Source: Podarcis bocagei (taxonomy: Eukaryota). Taken from it: a DNA stretch of 64,000 nucleotides. The position numbers were made by a program, and so were the translations under genes. Shown one piece after another: positions 12,269 through 24,001 of the stretch. Below the pieces are notes generated by a model. That model saw only the letters and a program-made list of their open reading frames with translations, was not told the DNA's origin and did not search any database. The first letter of the stretch is position 1, and every line of letters begins with the position of its first letter. Location: NCBI GenBank assembly GCA_964188305.1, contig OZ076903.1; one strand, written 5' to 3'.

Positions 12269-13050
12269 TTAGGAACCTAGGAAGTTGCCTTATACTGAGT
12301 CAGATCACTAGGTCCATCTAGCTGACATTGAATCAACCACCTAGCATGAGTTCCCGGTGCCCGGGTGCACGCACTGGAGGGGTATGCATGTGCCAGGGGG
12401 CGGGGCGCAGAGGGTGAAGGATCCCACTGTGGCACACCAGAGTTCAGCAGGGCTGCGCTGCACCACCTACCCACCCATGCAAGGGGGAGCCAGCCAACGC
12501 GGCACTTGGTGGGGGCAAAGTAAGTGCCCCCACGCTGGCACCCCCAGCGCGGCCTGGCCTGCTGCTCCTCTCTGCATGTGTTGCTTGGGTTGCCATACGT
12601 CCAGAATTTCCCAGACATACCTGAAATACTGCGGTCGGAAGCAGTGTCCAGGCAGAAATCATCAAAATGGGAAAATCCAAACGTACGGCAATCCATCTCA
12701 GCAGTGTCATTTTTGCCAGCTTTCCTTTAAAGCAGCTCCACAACTAAGAAAGCTCAACAACTTTGGCCCAAAAGGGTGGGGGGAGCTCAACACTTTTATG
12801 GCCACCCTAAGCGTTGCTTCCTCTGATGCCAGGAGAAGGGCCCTGGAGGCACCTGTGTCATACCCAGTCAAAAATCCATGCTTCTTGGCCACAGCCCTGC
12901 TGGCACCCCCCCCCCCCCGGCTATGCCCCACCACTGACTGGTAGCAGCTTGGCAGGGTCCACTCCCTGTCCTACCTGGAGGTGCCACTGGGGTTTGAACC
13001 TGGGACCTTCTGCATGCAAGGCAGCCGCTCTACCCCTGAGCTGTGGCCCT
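12269..13050 (-). mobile_element. tRNA-derived squamate SINE interrupted by ~600 bp of DNA-transposon sequence
   Basis: Tail piece aggaagttgccttatactgagtcagatcactaggtccatctagct (12279-12324); head piece ggtttgaacctgggaccttctgcatgcaaggcagccgctctacccctgagct (tRNA-like boxes on the minus strand, ~12990-13050). Degenerate plus-strand copy ~5385-5540. Confidence 0.65.
12585..12809. mobile_element. hAT-like MITE nested inside the interrupted SINE
   Basis: TIR ttgggttgccata / tatggccacccta; degenerate 8-bp TSD tgtgttgc / agcgttgc. Confidence 0.6.
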
Positions 13051-15100
13051 TTCCCTGGGAACTTGCTAGGCACACTGAAGTTTCCCCTGCACGGTAGAGG
13101 CCTCTGTGCTGTGCACAGGTAGAGCCGCTGGCCATAATGAACCACAGGCAGCTGCAGCCTCAGCACCTCCACCACCAGCCTGCTTATTAAAATGTCAGCT
13201 ACTGAGTTCCCACAGTGGTGTGAGCTCAGATCACAGCCATACTGTGCCTCTTTCCGCTGTAGCAGAATGAGATTGTTTAAAAATAGGTTTAGTGAGTACA
13301 TCAAACCATATATTCGCACATGAAACCAGAATAGACAGAGCTTAACTCCCAGGGCTTTGGCAAAGTGCTTGAGATTGGCTGACTTGCAAATGAGTGGCCA
13401 GGAGCCTTAGCATTCATGTTCTGGGTAGCTGGGCAATCCTCCGCAGCCACCAGTGCTTTGAGAAGGTGAAGCCACGTGGAGGGAGACAGTTTGCTCTGGA
13501 GGGAGCACATGCAAGGCGAGGATGAACTAAGTGCTACATCCCAAGGGGTAGAAAACTGGGAGCAGAGTTTGAGGGATTGGACATCTTCTGCAGAAGCATC
13601 TCCTGCTTATGTCCTTGCATGCATATGTAAAAAGAAAGCAAATACTGCAAATACATTCCAGCAGTTCACTAAGTCCTGCACTGTTGGGTGTGGGGGGGGC
13701 GGGGTTACTTCTCATCATATAGGGGTTGCCTCCCAGATGTTAGGACTCCCAATGGTCTCTGACTACTGGCTCTACTGTCAGGGGCTGATGGGACTCCAAC
13801 AACATCTGGAGGAGGCACCTGACTTGGAGGGAATGTAATTGGGGTTGCAAGCAAGCAGCGCTGAACTCTGTGTCAAGATAATCAAGTTATAGACCCCCCC
13901 TCCCCATATCAATTATACAAATATGCAAGTTTTCTTACCTTGCATAATTTTCATTTTGCAACTCGGGGGAAAGTAATGACATAATAAGCAGTGAAGCCCC
14001 CACCCACTCATTCAGCTATGCAAAGGCTTCCGAGATTTCAGCAACCTTTGCCCACATATTATTAAGCGTTATCTTTGCAATCAAAGAAGACAGAAAGTTG
14101 CTTCCCCTCTCCTCAAAATGGAAAACCACCAAACTCTCTGCCAAACACTACATTCCACATTATTTTGCCCACTTCCACAGAATTGCAGCATATACACAAC
14201 CCTGCTATTAGGGGGACGCATATATGGTGAATGAGCACCGCTCCACCCTAGAGAGCCAGCATGGAATGTTGGTTGGTCGTAGGCTTCGCTTACAATTACA
14301 AGCTGAGCAAGGGCACTTCTGGACTGATTCCCACCCAAAAATAGAGACAACCACACGCCAGTAAATTCTTATTGGGCAATCACAGTGGACTGGGAAGTTT
14401 TGCACAACAACCCCACTTCCTCAAACGACTGGCCTTTTTGCATTAAGGGAGGTAATGGGAAAGTGCACTGGAAAGTGTGGGGCAGCACTTGCTTTGATGC
14501 AACAGCATTTAACTTCCCCAGAAACCAATTAGGACAAATGCTTAAAAATAAAAAATCAGGCCACCTGGAAGCACCCTAAGAGTAGAGAGACGAGCTAGTC
14601 ATGCTTATTGTCAGGAAGACAAAATGCACTGGCTTTTAAACAAAAATGACCAATTGTTATCCCCCCCCCCCCGTAGTCCTTTTCACTAGCAGGCACAGGT
14701 TTCTCTATACCAAATATGACTTCTCCCTCCCTCCCCCCCTCCAAAATTCCACACTCATTTCCATTCTGCTTCATACCTCCCTGAGTGTTTCTGCCAAGCT
14801 GGCCTGCATCCTTGAACTCTGCCTCTTGGATGCCTAGATGAAGAAGAGTGTTGGTAGAAAGCAGCCTCCCATACAAAGGTTAAAAATGTGTTTATTTCTC
14901 CACCCACCTTTGCCTGTTGTCCCACCCACCACTTACAGGTAGCCCCTGGATAGTTGCACAGCTGGGATTGTGGCCCTCAGTCAATTATAATTCCCCCCCC
15001 CCAACTGCCATGCAAGTTCAGTTAAGCAGAAACAACACTGCTGAACCCTGTCCTTTAAGTGTCCTGTCCTCGCATCAAGGGAACAGCCCTACAGGCTGCC

Positions 15101-15288
15101 CATATCTGTCAACTTTCAGATTTGAAAATAAGGGATTGGCAGCCTAGAAAATAAGGGAACAGCAGCCTCACCTGTCTCGGGGACAATCTACGGGATATTT
15201 AACAATCTGGGATAGCAGCGGGAAGCAGCAGGAAAAGGCGCTGGAATAAGGGAATTTTCCGCAAAAAAGGGGAAGGTTGACAGCTATG
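15101..15288. mobile_element. hAT-type MITE with perfect 8-bp TSD
   Basis: TIR catatctgtcaact / ggttgacagctatg; TSD aggctgcc at 15093-15100 and 15289-15296; internal aaataaggga repeats. Confidence 0.85.
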
Positions 15289-16564
15289 AGGCTGCCATAA
15301 TGCTCAAACTAAACATGGGAGACCCATGCTTCTCTCTTTGATGCTTAAATGTGTTTCAATGCTATTCCATTTCCCTCCATGGAGCAGCATACGTTATTAT
15401 TTCTTGTACCCTCTTCAGTTTCCGCCTGTTTATTTTGCTCAATAAGTACTGAATTTTGCTCAGTTGGCCTGGAAAAGGGGGGGACAAAAAGCAAGAATGG
15501 GAAGGGCCAAAAGGACATTTACTGAAGAAATCATGGAGTAGGAAATGCACTAAGGCCCATTTTGATTGTGGCGAATACTGATCACAATCTGAAAATGTTA
15601 ACCAAGTTAAACTTTGAACACAAAACTTTAGCAGAGCGCTATTGTTTAGTTCTAGAGAAACGCAAGGAAGATTTTGAACCACAACTACCTTCTGGTCTAG
15701 GTGGGATGTTTGAGAAATACTTGCTGCATTCTAAGCTAATGATTTTCAAAGTGTTCCTAGTAACCCAGGAGTTTCATCCTAAGAGTAGCAAGGGACTCTC
15801 CTAGGGGGTAGGTTGCCCACCAGACCTCTGGGGCTGTGCAGCCATTAAGCACCTTGCTGGCTCCCCTCCAAGGCCCATCTAGTGTAGCATCTTGTTTGCA
15901 CAGCAGCTAAGCAGATGCCCAAAAGAAGCCTGTGAACAGGACCTGAGCCCAACAGCATCCTCCCCCTCCAGAGTTTCTAGCAACCAGTGTGCAAAAGCAT
16001 CTTGCCTCCAACCGTTGAGCCGCTATGGCCAGCAGCCATTGATAGGATTCCACAAACTCATGGGGGAGAAGATTCCATAGTTTAACTGTGTGCTGTGAGG
16101 AGGACTTCAGCTTCACTGGATGCTCAGGAGTCCTAGTGTTATGAGGGGGTGGGGGCAACCCTTATGCACTAAGTTCAGAATCCTTTGCTAGATAAAGCCA
16201 TGGGCAGCTATTAGGGAGAGAGATACAGATGTTCCCCCTGAATTAACCATTAATTCAGATTCCCAGCTTTAGGTTTAGAAAAGTTTCCAGCCTTTGTAGA
16301 ACTGTACAAACAAGGTCTCGCTTGTTCTGTGAGAAACTAGCCAGGGACCACCGCCTTTCTGTTGTGTATGTTTGTTTATTTGACCAGAGGACAGAGGCCC
16401 AGGTGTGCAGGAGTCCATTATCAGGACAGCATGGAAAGGATCTCAACGTGTCTTCTACTTCCGAACACACTGGCTCCAAGTGGAAATCAACGCAGCCCAA
16501 CAAACGAACAGCTGAGTCCGCCTTTGCAAAGGGACCAAGTTAACAGAATTGACCAGGACAACCA

Positions 16565-17297
16565 AAAGCCATTTGAAGCAGAACTTTTATTCCCTTCCCT
16601 CCTCAAAAGAAAGGAGACCGGCAGTTGTGCACAACAACAATAACAACAACAAACAACGACTTAAGACTTGGAAGGATTAAAACAAGATTTTTGGTTATAA
16701 ACTGGCAAAGCAAGGAGAGGCACAACAGCAGCTCCCGCCACTTATCTGTGCATCAATGGAGCTTCCATCTCAAGCCGAAGAAGGGAAAGTGAAAATCTAG
16801 AGAGAAAAGGGACAGGCCGCCTGCAGTTCCATCGGGTGCAGTGGTTTTTGCTTTGTTTCGTTCTCTCAAGCAGCGGATGGCACCGATACAGGTATGTGGT
16901 ACCAGGTGCCTGTTTTTGAGGCAGGAAGGACGCCTTCCTGGCAAACTCAGGGAGGGAGGCACAAAATTCAGTCCATGGGCACGAAGCCAGTGCTTTGGCA
17001 AGAAAAGCAAAATCAAACCTGCCCCTCAACACTCCTCCCCTCCAAAAAAGGGTGGGGAAGGGGGGAAATCACTGACAAAACTGGTTGAAAATAGTTAGTG
17101 CTGCATGTAAACAGATCCACAGGAATCCGCCCCCCCCATCCCAAGGGCGACTTGCTCCCTTTCCCCACCCACACCGGCACAAAGCCTGCCAAGGAAGTTT
17201 AAGAGGCAGCGTCTCAGGTGGGCGAGTTGGGGTAGTGGCATTACAAAGAGGGCTCAAGAGGGGCAGTGTTATAATCGGGGTGGGGGTGGGGGGAGGA
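16565..17297 (-). other. FLNA: FLNA 3' UTR (~0.73 kb; cleavage site approximate)
   Basis: Lies between the stop codon and the polyA signal; C-rich start, GUU repeat at ~16630-16658. Confidence 0.7.
16586..16591 (-). terminator. Polyadenylation signal AATAAA of FLNA
   Basis: Minus strand reads gggAATAAAagttctgcttcaaatgg followed by a GU/U-rich element (cttttggttgtcctgg). Confidence 0.75.
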
Positions 17298-17485
17298 TTA
17301 AGGCACGGAGACATGGAAGGGGCTGCCGGGGATGTGCTCCTCTCCCCACTTCACCACCAGCACATAATCCCCTCTGTCCTTGAGCAGGTAGGTGACGTTG
17401 TAGAGCCGGTTGCCCAGGTGCTTCACCACAATCTCCTCGCAGGGGGTCTTGGGGCCATGCACCCCCACCAGCAGCATGTTGTTCC
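17298..17485 (-). CDS. FLNA: FLNA last coding exon (~ex48), Ig24 dimerisation domain, TAA stop
   Basis: [61 protein letters not shown]; cgcag| acceptor. Confidence 0.95.
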
Positions 17486-18360
17486 CTGCGGAAAGAGCAA
17501 GGGGCGGGAGGGGGGGTCCAGTCAAAAGTGAGGCATGCTGTGATATTTAGGTCGGGAAGAGCTAATCCTGTTGAAAGACCTAATATATTTAAGTATACAA
17601 GGGAGGCAAAAAGGTGTTTTGCTCCAAATGTCTCACTAACTTGATTATCCCTCCCCACTCTTCTCTCCTTCCATTTCTAGACCAGCCTTCCCCAATCTTG
17701 AGCCCTGCAGGTGATTTACTGCTGAGTGGGGCTGCTGAGATTGTTGTCAAAAGCAGCTGGAGGGCACCAGTATTGGGGGAAACTGGTCCAAACATGCAAG
17801 TAAGCAAACAGCTTACTTTTTTTTGTTCCTTTGTTCTCCCTTCAGACCCTCTTATAAACTCTCCAGTCCCCATCCTTCCCCCCACCCCCTGCATAGGTTG
17901 CCAATTAATGCCCTCACTAGAGTTGCCAACTTTGGGCCTCAAGTTCTGGCACCTCAGGCTTTGCCTCTGAGCACCCTGGTGTGTCTCTCGGAGGCCACCC
18001 TTGAAGAAGATCCCGAATCCCAATCTCTTTTAGGAGCTACTATGCAAACTTCTTATTTGGTCTAGGCTAGGTAGCTTGAATTATAATTGCTATTTATGGT
18101 GGTGTTTTGTTTTAAAATACACTTACAAATTATATGACTTGTCCAGCCATCATTTCCCACATCAAGCTCCTCAGCTAGGATGGGGCCAACCATACATTTC
18201 AATTTGAAACATTCATCTGACCCCATAAGCAAACCCACCCAGACCATCACCTGGTCAGTGCCCAAATTAGCTTTCCAAAGCTTCTAACCGCAGTGACCAA
18301 AACCTTGCAGTTGTGTGCCTTTCTTCCCATCCCCACCTGCCCCAACAAATCTACACTCAC

Positions 18361-18549
18361 CTGCTTTGCTGCAATCGACAGTGAAAGAGTTCTTCTGCCC
18401 CACAAAGCCCTTGTTGAGGCCCAGGCCCTTGGCAACCACCTTGCTGGCATCAGAGGCAAACTTGGGGGCTGCTCCATCATGTTTGGCCACTCCGTCCATG
18501 AAGACCGAGGAAGTCTCGTGGAGGCTGTGGCTGGGGACGAGACGGGCCC
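18361..18549 (-). CDS. FLNA: FLNA exon (~ex47), 189 nt (hinge 2 and start of Ig24)
   Basis: [62 protein letters not shown]; ggcag|...|gtgagt. Confidence 0.93.
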
Positions 18550-18943
18550 CTGCCAAGGAAAAGGAAGGACGATTACACAGGTGCGAGGAGTGTAAGGCTG
18601 TATCTGGGCAACACCCTCTTTGCCTCCCCTTCCCCAAATTACCATCAAAATTTGCCTTCATCATCCTGGTGCCCTCCAGATGCCGTTGCACTCCAACTCC
18701 CATCAGCCTCTGCCAACATGGCCAGTTGGCAGGGTTGGTGGGAGTTGTCACCCAGCTTCTGGAGGGCAATTGGGGTAGGCCGATCTATGTTAAGGTTGCA
18801 GTCTCTGCTACAACATGGTTAGAATATTACTTGTGTGTCCTCAGATATGGTCCATAGTCTGGAGTGATAGCAAAGCCCTTAAAAAATGGGACACCTTCTT
18901 GCCTAAGCCAAGCTTCTCTCTGCCCCCCAGCCCAGGCTCTTAC

Positions 18944-19162
18944 CTGTGATTTTGGCCTTGAAGGGGCTGCCAGCAATGTGGTATGGGCCACCATATTTAA
19001 TGGAGATGAGGTAGCTGCCAGGTGCCATGGGTGTGTAGATGACCTTGTAGCCCTCTGGGCACTCTTGGCAGTCCATCTTCACCTTGGAGGGGCCATCGAT
19101 GGTGACGGCCAGTGCCCCAGGGCCAGCATTTGTGGTGTTGACTATGAACTCAGCAGGGCTTC
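18944..19162 (-). CDS. FLNA: FLNA exon (~ex46), 219 nt
   Basis: [40 protein letters not shown]...GSPFKAKIT; tgcag|...|gtaaga. Confidence 0.94.
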
Positions 19163-19259
19163 CTGCAGGGGAGAAGAGCAAGAGGCGGCAGCTTCTCTTC
19201 AAGGCTCTGGGCAGCCTCTCATCCCTCCACCCCTCCCTTCCTCTAGGCTCTCTTATTAC

Positions 19260-19436
19260 CTGTCATGCCACCTTCTAAGCCAGGGCCGTAGGCAGACACC
19301 ATCCCTGGGTCCCCAGCTTGGCCCAGCTCCCCAACACGGATCTTGAAGGGACTGCCAGGAATGTGGCTGCCGTTGAACTTGACATCAACAGAGTAGATGC
19401 CATTCTCACGGGGGATGAAACGCACAGCGTATTTGT
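19260..19436 (-). CDS. FLNA: FLNA exon (~ex45), 177 nt
   Basis: [58 protein letters not shown]; cacag|...|gtaata. Confidence 0.93.
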
Positions 19437-19516
19437 CTGTGGGAAAGGTGAGAGGAGGAAAAACAGGCAGGTGTAAGCGGCTTGCCAGCAGTTGTCATTG
19501 GCTCCATGAGAAATCA

Positions 19517-19520
<4 letters not shown>

Positions 19521-19564
<44 letters not shown>
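19521..19564. repeat. (TG)n microsatellite
   Basis: Seen directly. Confidence 0.95.
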
Positions 19565-19567
<3 letters not shown>

Positions 19568-21573
19568 ACGCGCATGTACCACAGAACAGATCCCAGAAGG
19601 GAAGCCCAAGGAAGTGGACATTTAGTTACATGGACCTTTACCCAAAGATCTTTATATAGTAAAATATATCCAGCAAATTCAGCCAGCATGAATGACACAG
19701 GCTAATTGTAGCTCAATAAACCTGGGGCCCTCCAGATGTTGTTGGACTACCTCTCCCATCATCCCTCATCATCGGCCTGCTAGCTGGGGCTGACTTAACT
19801 GCTTAAGATCAAGGGCTAAAAGCCAGACACAGACCTGTTGGGGTAAGCTCTGGTTTTAAAAAAGCACACTTGAAGTGGAACTTGGTTTAGAGCAAAAGGC
19901 ATTTGCCAGTGGGCATGCCAAAACCCAAATGAGCTTGGCTGGGAGAAGCAAAGGGGAAGTGGCTATGGGGAGCATTTCCACTCCCCTCACCTTCCCTTTT
20001 CTCTAGAAGAGAATATTCCCAAGGCCAAGCTCCTCACATGTAGCCTGTAGTTCTGTGTCTGCTTCCTTCTCTAGTAAAAATAAGCACATGGGTCCTGATC
20101 CAGATAGGGGTATGATACACACAAGTGTGACGGTTACGAATAGTTTTTAAAGCTCCCAAAGGTACCCTGTTTCTTACTCTAAACACACATCTGCAGCTAC
20201 AGGTTACATAACAAAGCGCAATTTTGCAGTTTATACCGCCTTGCTTTTATTTGCAAATGAAACACCTTGGCTATTTCAGCCCTTGCCAGTCTTACTTTGT
20301 ATGCTGTTACAGCAGAGCTTTCCACACATTTCATGTTGGGACACAGTTTTTAGACATGCATCATTTCACAACACAGGAATTCAGTTTTACTAGCAAACCA
20401 GAGATTAAACTAACCCCTTTCCACCCTGGAAGGAGTGCAGGGCGAGTTCATGCAACACACAGCTTGGAAAGCTCTGCTCTACAGAAACAGCCCTGATCTG
20501 CCCCTGAATCTTACTGAGCACCCTAAATAGGTGCAGATTTGGGGAACTGAATATTATGGACCCCCCTTCACAATTTCATAGATGAGCTGCACATCTATCT
20601 ATCTTGAACCACAATAGAGCTTGGCCTAATTTTTGCAACTTATTCAAAAGTCTGCAGCCTTGCCTCAAAGTGTGGAGTCACACCAGGCAGGAGATTGTGG
20701 GCTGGCATGATGGCTCACAAGGCAGGTGGCAGGAAGCTGCCCATGGGCACTCGCATGCCATCATCACCACCACCAACACAGCAGATGCCACTACAGGAAA
20801 CCAGCTGTGCAGACTCAGCAGCATTTTGACACAGCAGCCTGCACAGAGAACTGCACAAGCTCTGAACTTTGCAGCAACAGGGCTGTGGCCTCCTAAGTAA
20901 AGTAACTTGGCAAAATGGGCACTCTAGGCGTGTGGCTCTGTCCTGCACAGCTTAAGACACACCCGGCCCACTTCTACTCACGATTCCATGAAGAGAACCG
21001 TGTTGGGAAAGTCCTCGAGCCAGCAGGAAGCGACTGGGCGCTTAAAATTTGTCTTTTTGTTGGCCCTGGGCATGTTTCTGCCCCTCCCATTTCCTCTTCT
21101 GCATTGCCAACCCCCACCTCCAGACAGCCTTTTTTTTTTGTTACCACACCTATTCTTAGTTGTACGGCGCAGTAGTCAAGTAAGTTGTACTCAGAGTATG
21201 CCTACTGAAATCAAGGAACCTAATGGAGTGATAAGTCACTTTGAATCACCAATTATTAGTTACTGTTTTTACAAAAGCAACTCAAAGTGGCTTATCACAT
21301 CAATCACAACATTCACACAAAAATTCACACATAAAACACATAAAACAAAACAGAAAAATCTAAAACACATCCATGTTTTTAAAAGGCAGGGTCAAAACAA
21401 TTTCAGTGGGTCAACTCTGAGAAAAATTTAGCTGAGAACCTGAGAAAAGCAGTTTGAAGTTGGGAGGGGGCAGAGTAAGGAGGATGCCAGCACCTCCCAG
21501 CTCAACATCACTCAGTCCCTGAAATAACCACTGAGATTTTTATGCAATTGCTGTTACAGAATGGAAGCTGAAT

Positions 21574-21575
<2 letters not shown>

Positions 21576-21610
<35 letters not shown>
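21576..21610. repeat. (TG)n microsatellite
   Basis: Seen directly. Confidence 0.95.
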
Positions 21611-21613
<3 letters not shown>

Positions 21614-22743
21614 CCTGGATTCAGTTTGCATTGTTGATTACTGCCACTCCCAACTTTGAGGAGGAGAATTTACTAATTCTGGACAGAGCCAGGCTCCTTG
21701 TAAGTCTACGTTTGCAGTTTGGTTGGCCTTCTTGCTCTTTGATGTAGACTGAGGCTGGACCCTGCAGTGCCTTTCCTCAAGGGATGCAGCCATCGTATAA
21801 GACTCCTGGCCACCATCATCATGCACAGGCTTGGCAACCTGACTTCTTACAGTAATGCCCTTATGGTGGGAGCCTGTGGGCCTCCACCCGCAACAGCCCC
21901 AGCCAGCGCTCACGGATGATGGGAGTTGTAGTCCAACATCTGGGGGGCACAGGTTCCACTTCTTTATATGGACCTGACAAATGCCATCTGGGAACTCCAG
22001 CTACAGCAGAACTCCATTGCCCATGCCTTGACAGAATATGCTACGGGGGGGGGGTCATTCTGCTACAAACTGCTTGGAGGTTTGCTCAATCTTGCTCAAG
22101 GTGCTGACTTATAAAGTCTTGTTTGGTTTTAGACCAGCATCCATCTCTGGGAGCATCTTCCATCAGAGGTAAAACAAGATCTGCCGGGGGCTCTTGCGGA
22201 GTTCAACCTTTGCCATGGAAAAGGCTTTTATTTTTATATTTTTTTAAAAAGCTAAACAAAGATCTTGAGTGTTCTTTCAGGCCATGACCCAAGCCACCAC
22301 CGCCGTTTCCCTTTCACCTCGAGTTTTTGTAGCAGTTGCTTTTAAAACTGGATGTGAATGACCCATCTTCCAACACAATTAAAAAATGACTCTGCCTCTG
22401 ACTGCAAAGCATTTATTTTATTTATGTATTAGACTTACATACCACCCCCCTTTAACAAAAGATCCCAGGTCTAAGCAGATCATTCTTTAACAAACCCATT
22501 GGATCTGCTTAGACCTTATATCACCTCAATGGGGAAGAGGCCAACCACACACAGAAAAGTCTCAAGCCCAAGGAACCTGTTTTGGGCCTCAATTATTTTG
22601 GAATTACAATCCAAACTTGCTGGAGCTGATGGGAAATGGCGTTCCAACACCACTTGGAGGGGCCACAAGTTTCCCACACCTGCTCTACACCATCAGATGC
22701 CTGCCCTCCCCCATTACAGTTGCTAGGAGTTCATTTTAGAAAG

Positions 22744-22920
22744 GAATCATAGAACTGTAGATTTCGAAGGGATCCCAAGGGCGATCTAGTCTCGTCCAAC
22801 CCCCTGCAATGCAGGAATCTCAACCAAAGCATCCCTGGCAGGCGGCTACCCAACCTCTGCTTAAAAATCTCCAAGGAAGAAGAGTCCACCACTTCCCGAG
22901 GGAGTCCATTCCACTGTCAG
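22744..22920 (-). mobile_element. CR1 LINE 3' fragment
   Basis: gaatcatagaa...gaaggga...ccaaccccctgcaatgcagg...gagtccaccac: reverse complement of a CR1 3' end. Confidence 0.75.
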
Positions 22921-23017
22921 AAGAGAAACGGACCCAACAGCTCTACCTTCGGGAGGGAAGGGGGTGGGTCATCCACTGTACAGCAAGCCTGACCCTGCTC
23001 TGCCAGGCCCTCCTTAC

Positions 23018-23150
23018 CTTCGTCAATTTCTGTGACATGGCACTCTTCTAGGGCCCCCGAGGGGCTGTGCACCTTGGCATCAATCACACCTTTGGCCCCG
23101 TTCAAGCTGACGGCAAACGAGGCTGGCTGGTTCACCTTTAACCCTGACTC
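23018..23150 (-). CDS. FLNA: FLNA exon (~ex44), 133 nt
   Basis: [44 protein letters not shown]; ttccag|...|gtaagg. Confidence 0.93.
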
Positions 23151-23885
23151 CTGGAAGCACACAGCACGTTAGGCAGCAGAAAGGACAGAGCGGGCAATGG
23201 CATCAAGCTTTGGCTACCACAACCCCCCCCCCTCCTCACCCCCTTGAGGACAAGGCAGAAGGTCACTTACCTGAGAGCCAGGTGGCTTAGAGAGGGAGAG
23301 CTGCCCCAGGAAACTGGGCCGCAGTGCAAGAGGCAGGCAGGCAAGCAGCAGCAACAGGGGAGGATTTGTTAGGCTAGTACCCTGAAAGAGGGAGGCTGGC
23401 AGTTTTCAAAAAGATGGCAGCAAGATTGGCAGAGGCATGGGCCAGGGAAGCTCTCCATCTTTAAGCCCCAGCAGCCAAAAGGAGCAGGGGACTGTTAGCA
23501 GCCTTTAAACGAGACACGAGAAAAACCCCAGAGCAGATCCCTGGATGGCCAGCAGGGCTGACACAGTGGCTGTCCCAAGGCTGGCACAAGGCACCCACAG
23601 AATCATAAAATTGTGGGGTTGGAAGGGACCACAAGGGTCCAACCCCTGCCCCCATCTTGTCCTAAGTTGTTTAATCACCTTATCTTGGCAAAAACCTCAG
23701 CCACACCACACCCCCAGATCAGTACAGATTGGGAGCACACCCTCGCCCCAATCTGCTTCTTCTCCCGCCCCACTTTCAGGACCCAAGTCTCTTGCATCAA
23801 GGAACAGCCAGCCCAGGAGAGCAACAGTGCCAACTCAATCCAGCCAGCAGGGGGAGCAAATGGGCGGTTTCTCCCAGTGCCTCAC

Positions 23886-24001
23886 CTGAAGACTAGAAAC
23901 AGTGAGTCGACGGGCATCATCTGAGGTGGAGGTGGCAGGTACCACAAAGGGACTGTCTGGGATGTGCTCGTCATTGAACTTCACAGAAACCTCGTAGTCT
24001 C
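23886..24001 (-). CDS. FLNA: FLNA exon (~ex43), 116 nt, ends in the Q/R editing codon (not in ORF track)
   Basis: [38 protein letters not shown]; tgcag|...CTTCAG|gtgagg. Confidence 0.93.

Noticed and set aside
12357-12944. 195-aa ORF
   Set aside because: Spans nested repeat fragments; no recognisable domain.
12990-13050. tRNA-like sequence, also the ggttcgaatccc boxes at ~28775, 31324 and 59270
   Set aside because: These are tRNA-derived SINE heads, not intact cloverleaf tRNA genes.
15562-15804. 80-aa plus-strand ORF convergent with FLNA
   Set aside because: Non-ATG start, no recognisable homology and no convincing splice chain.
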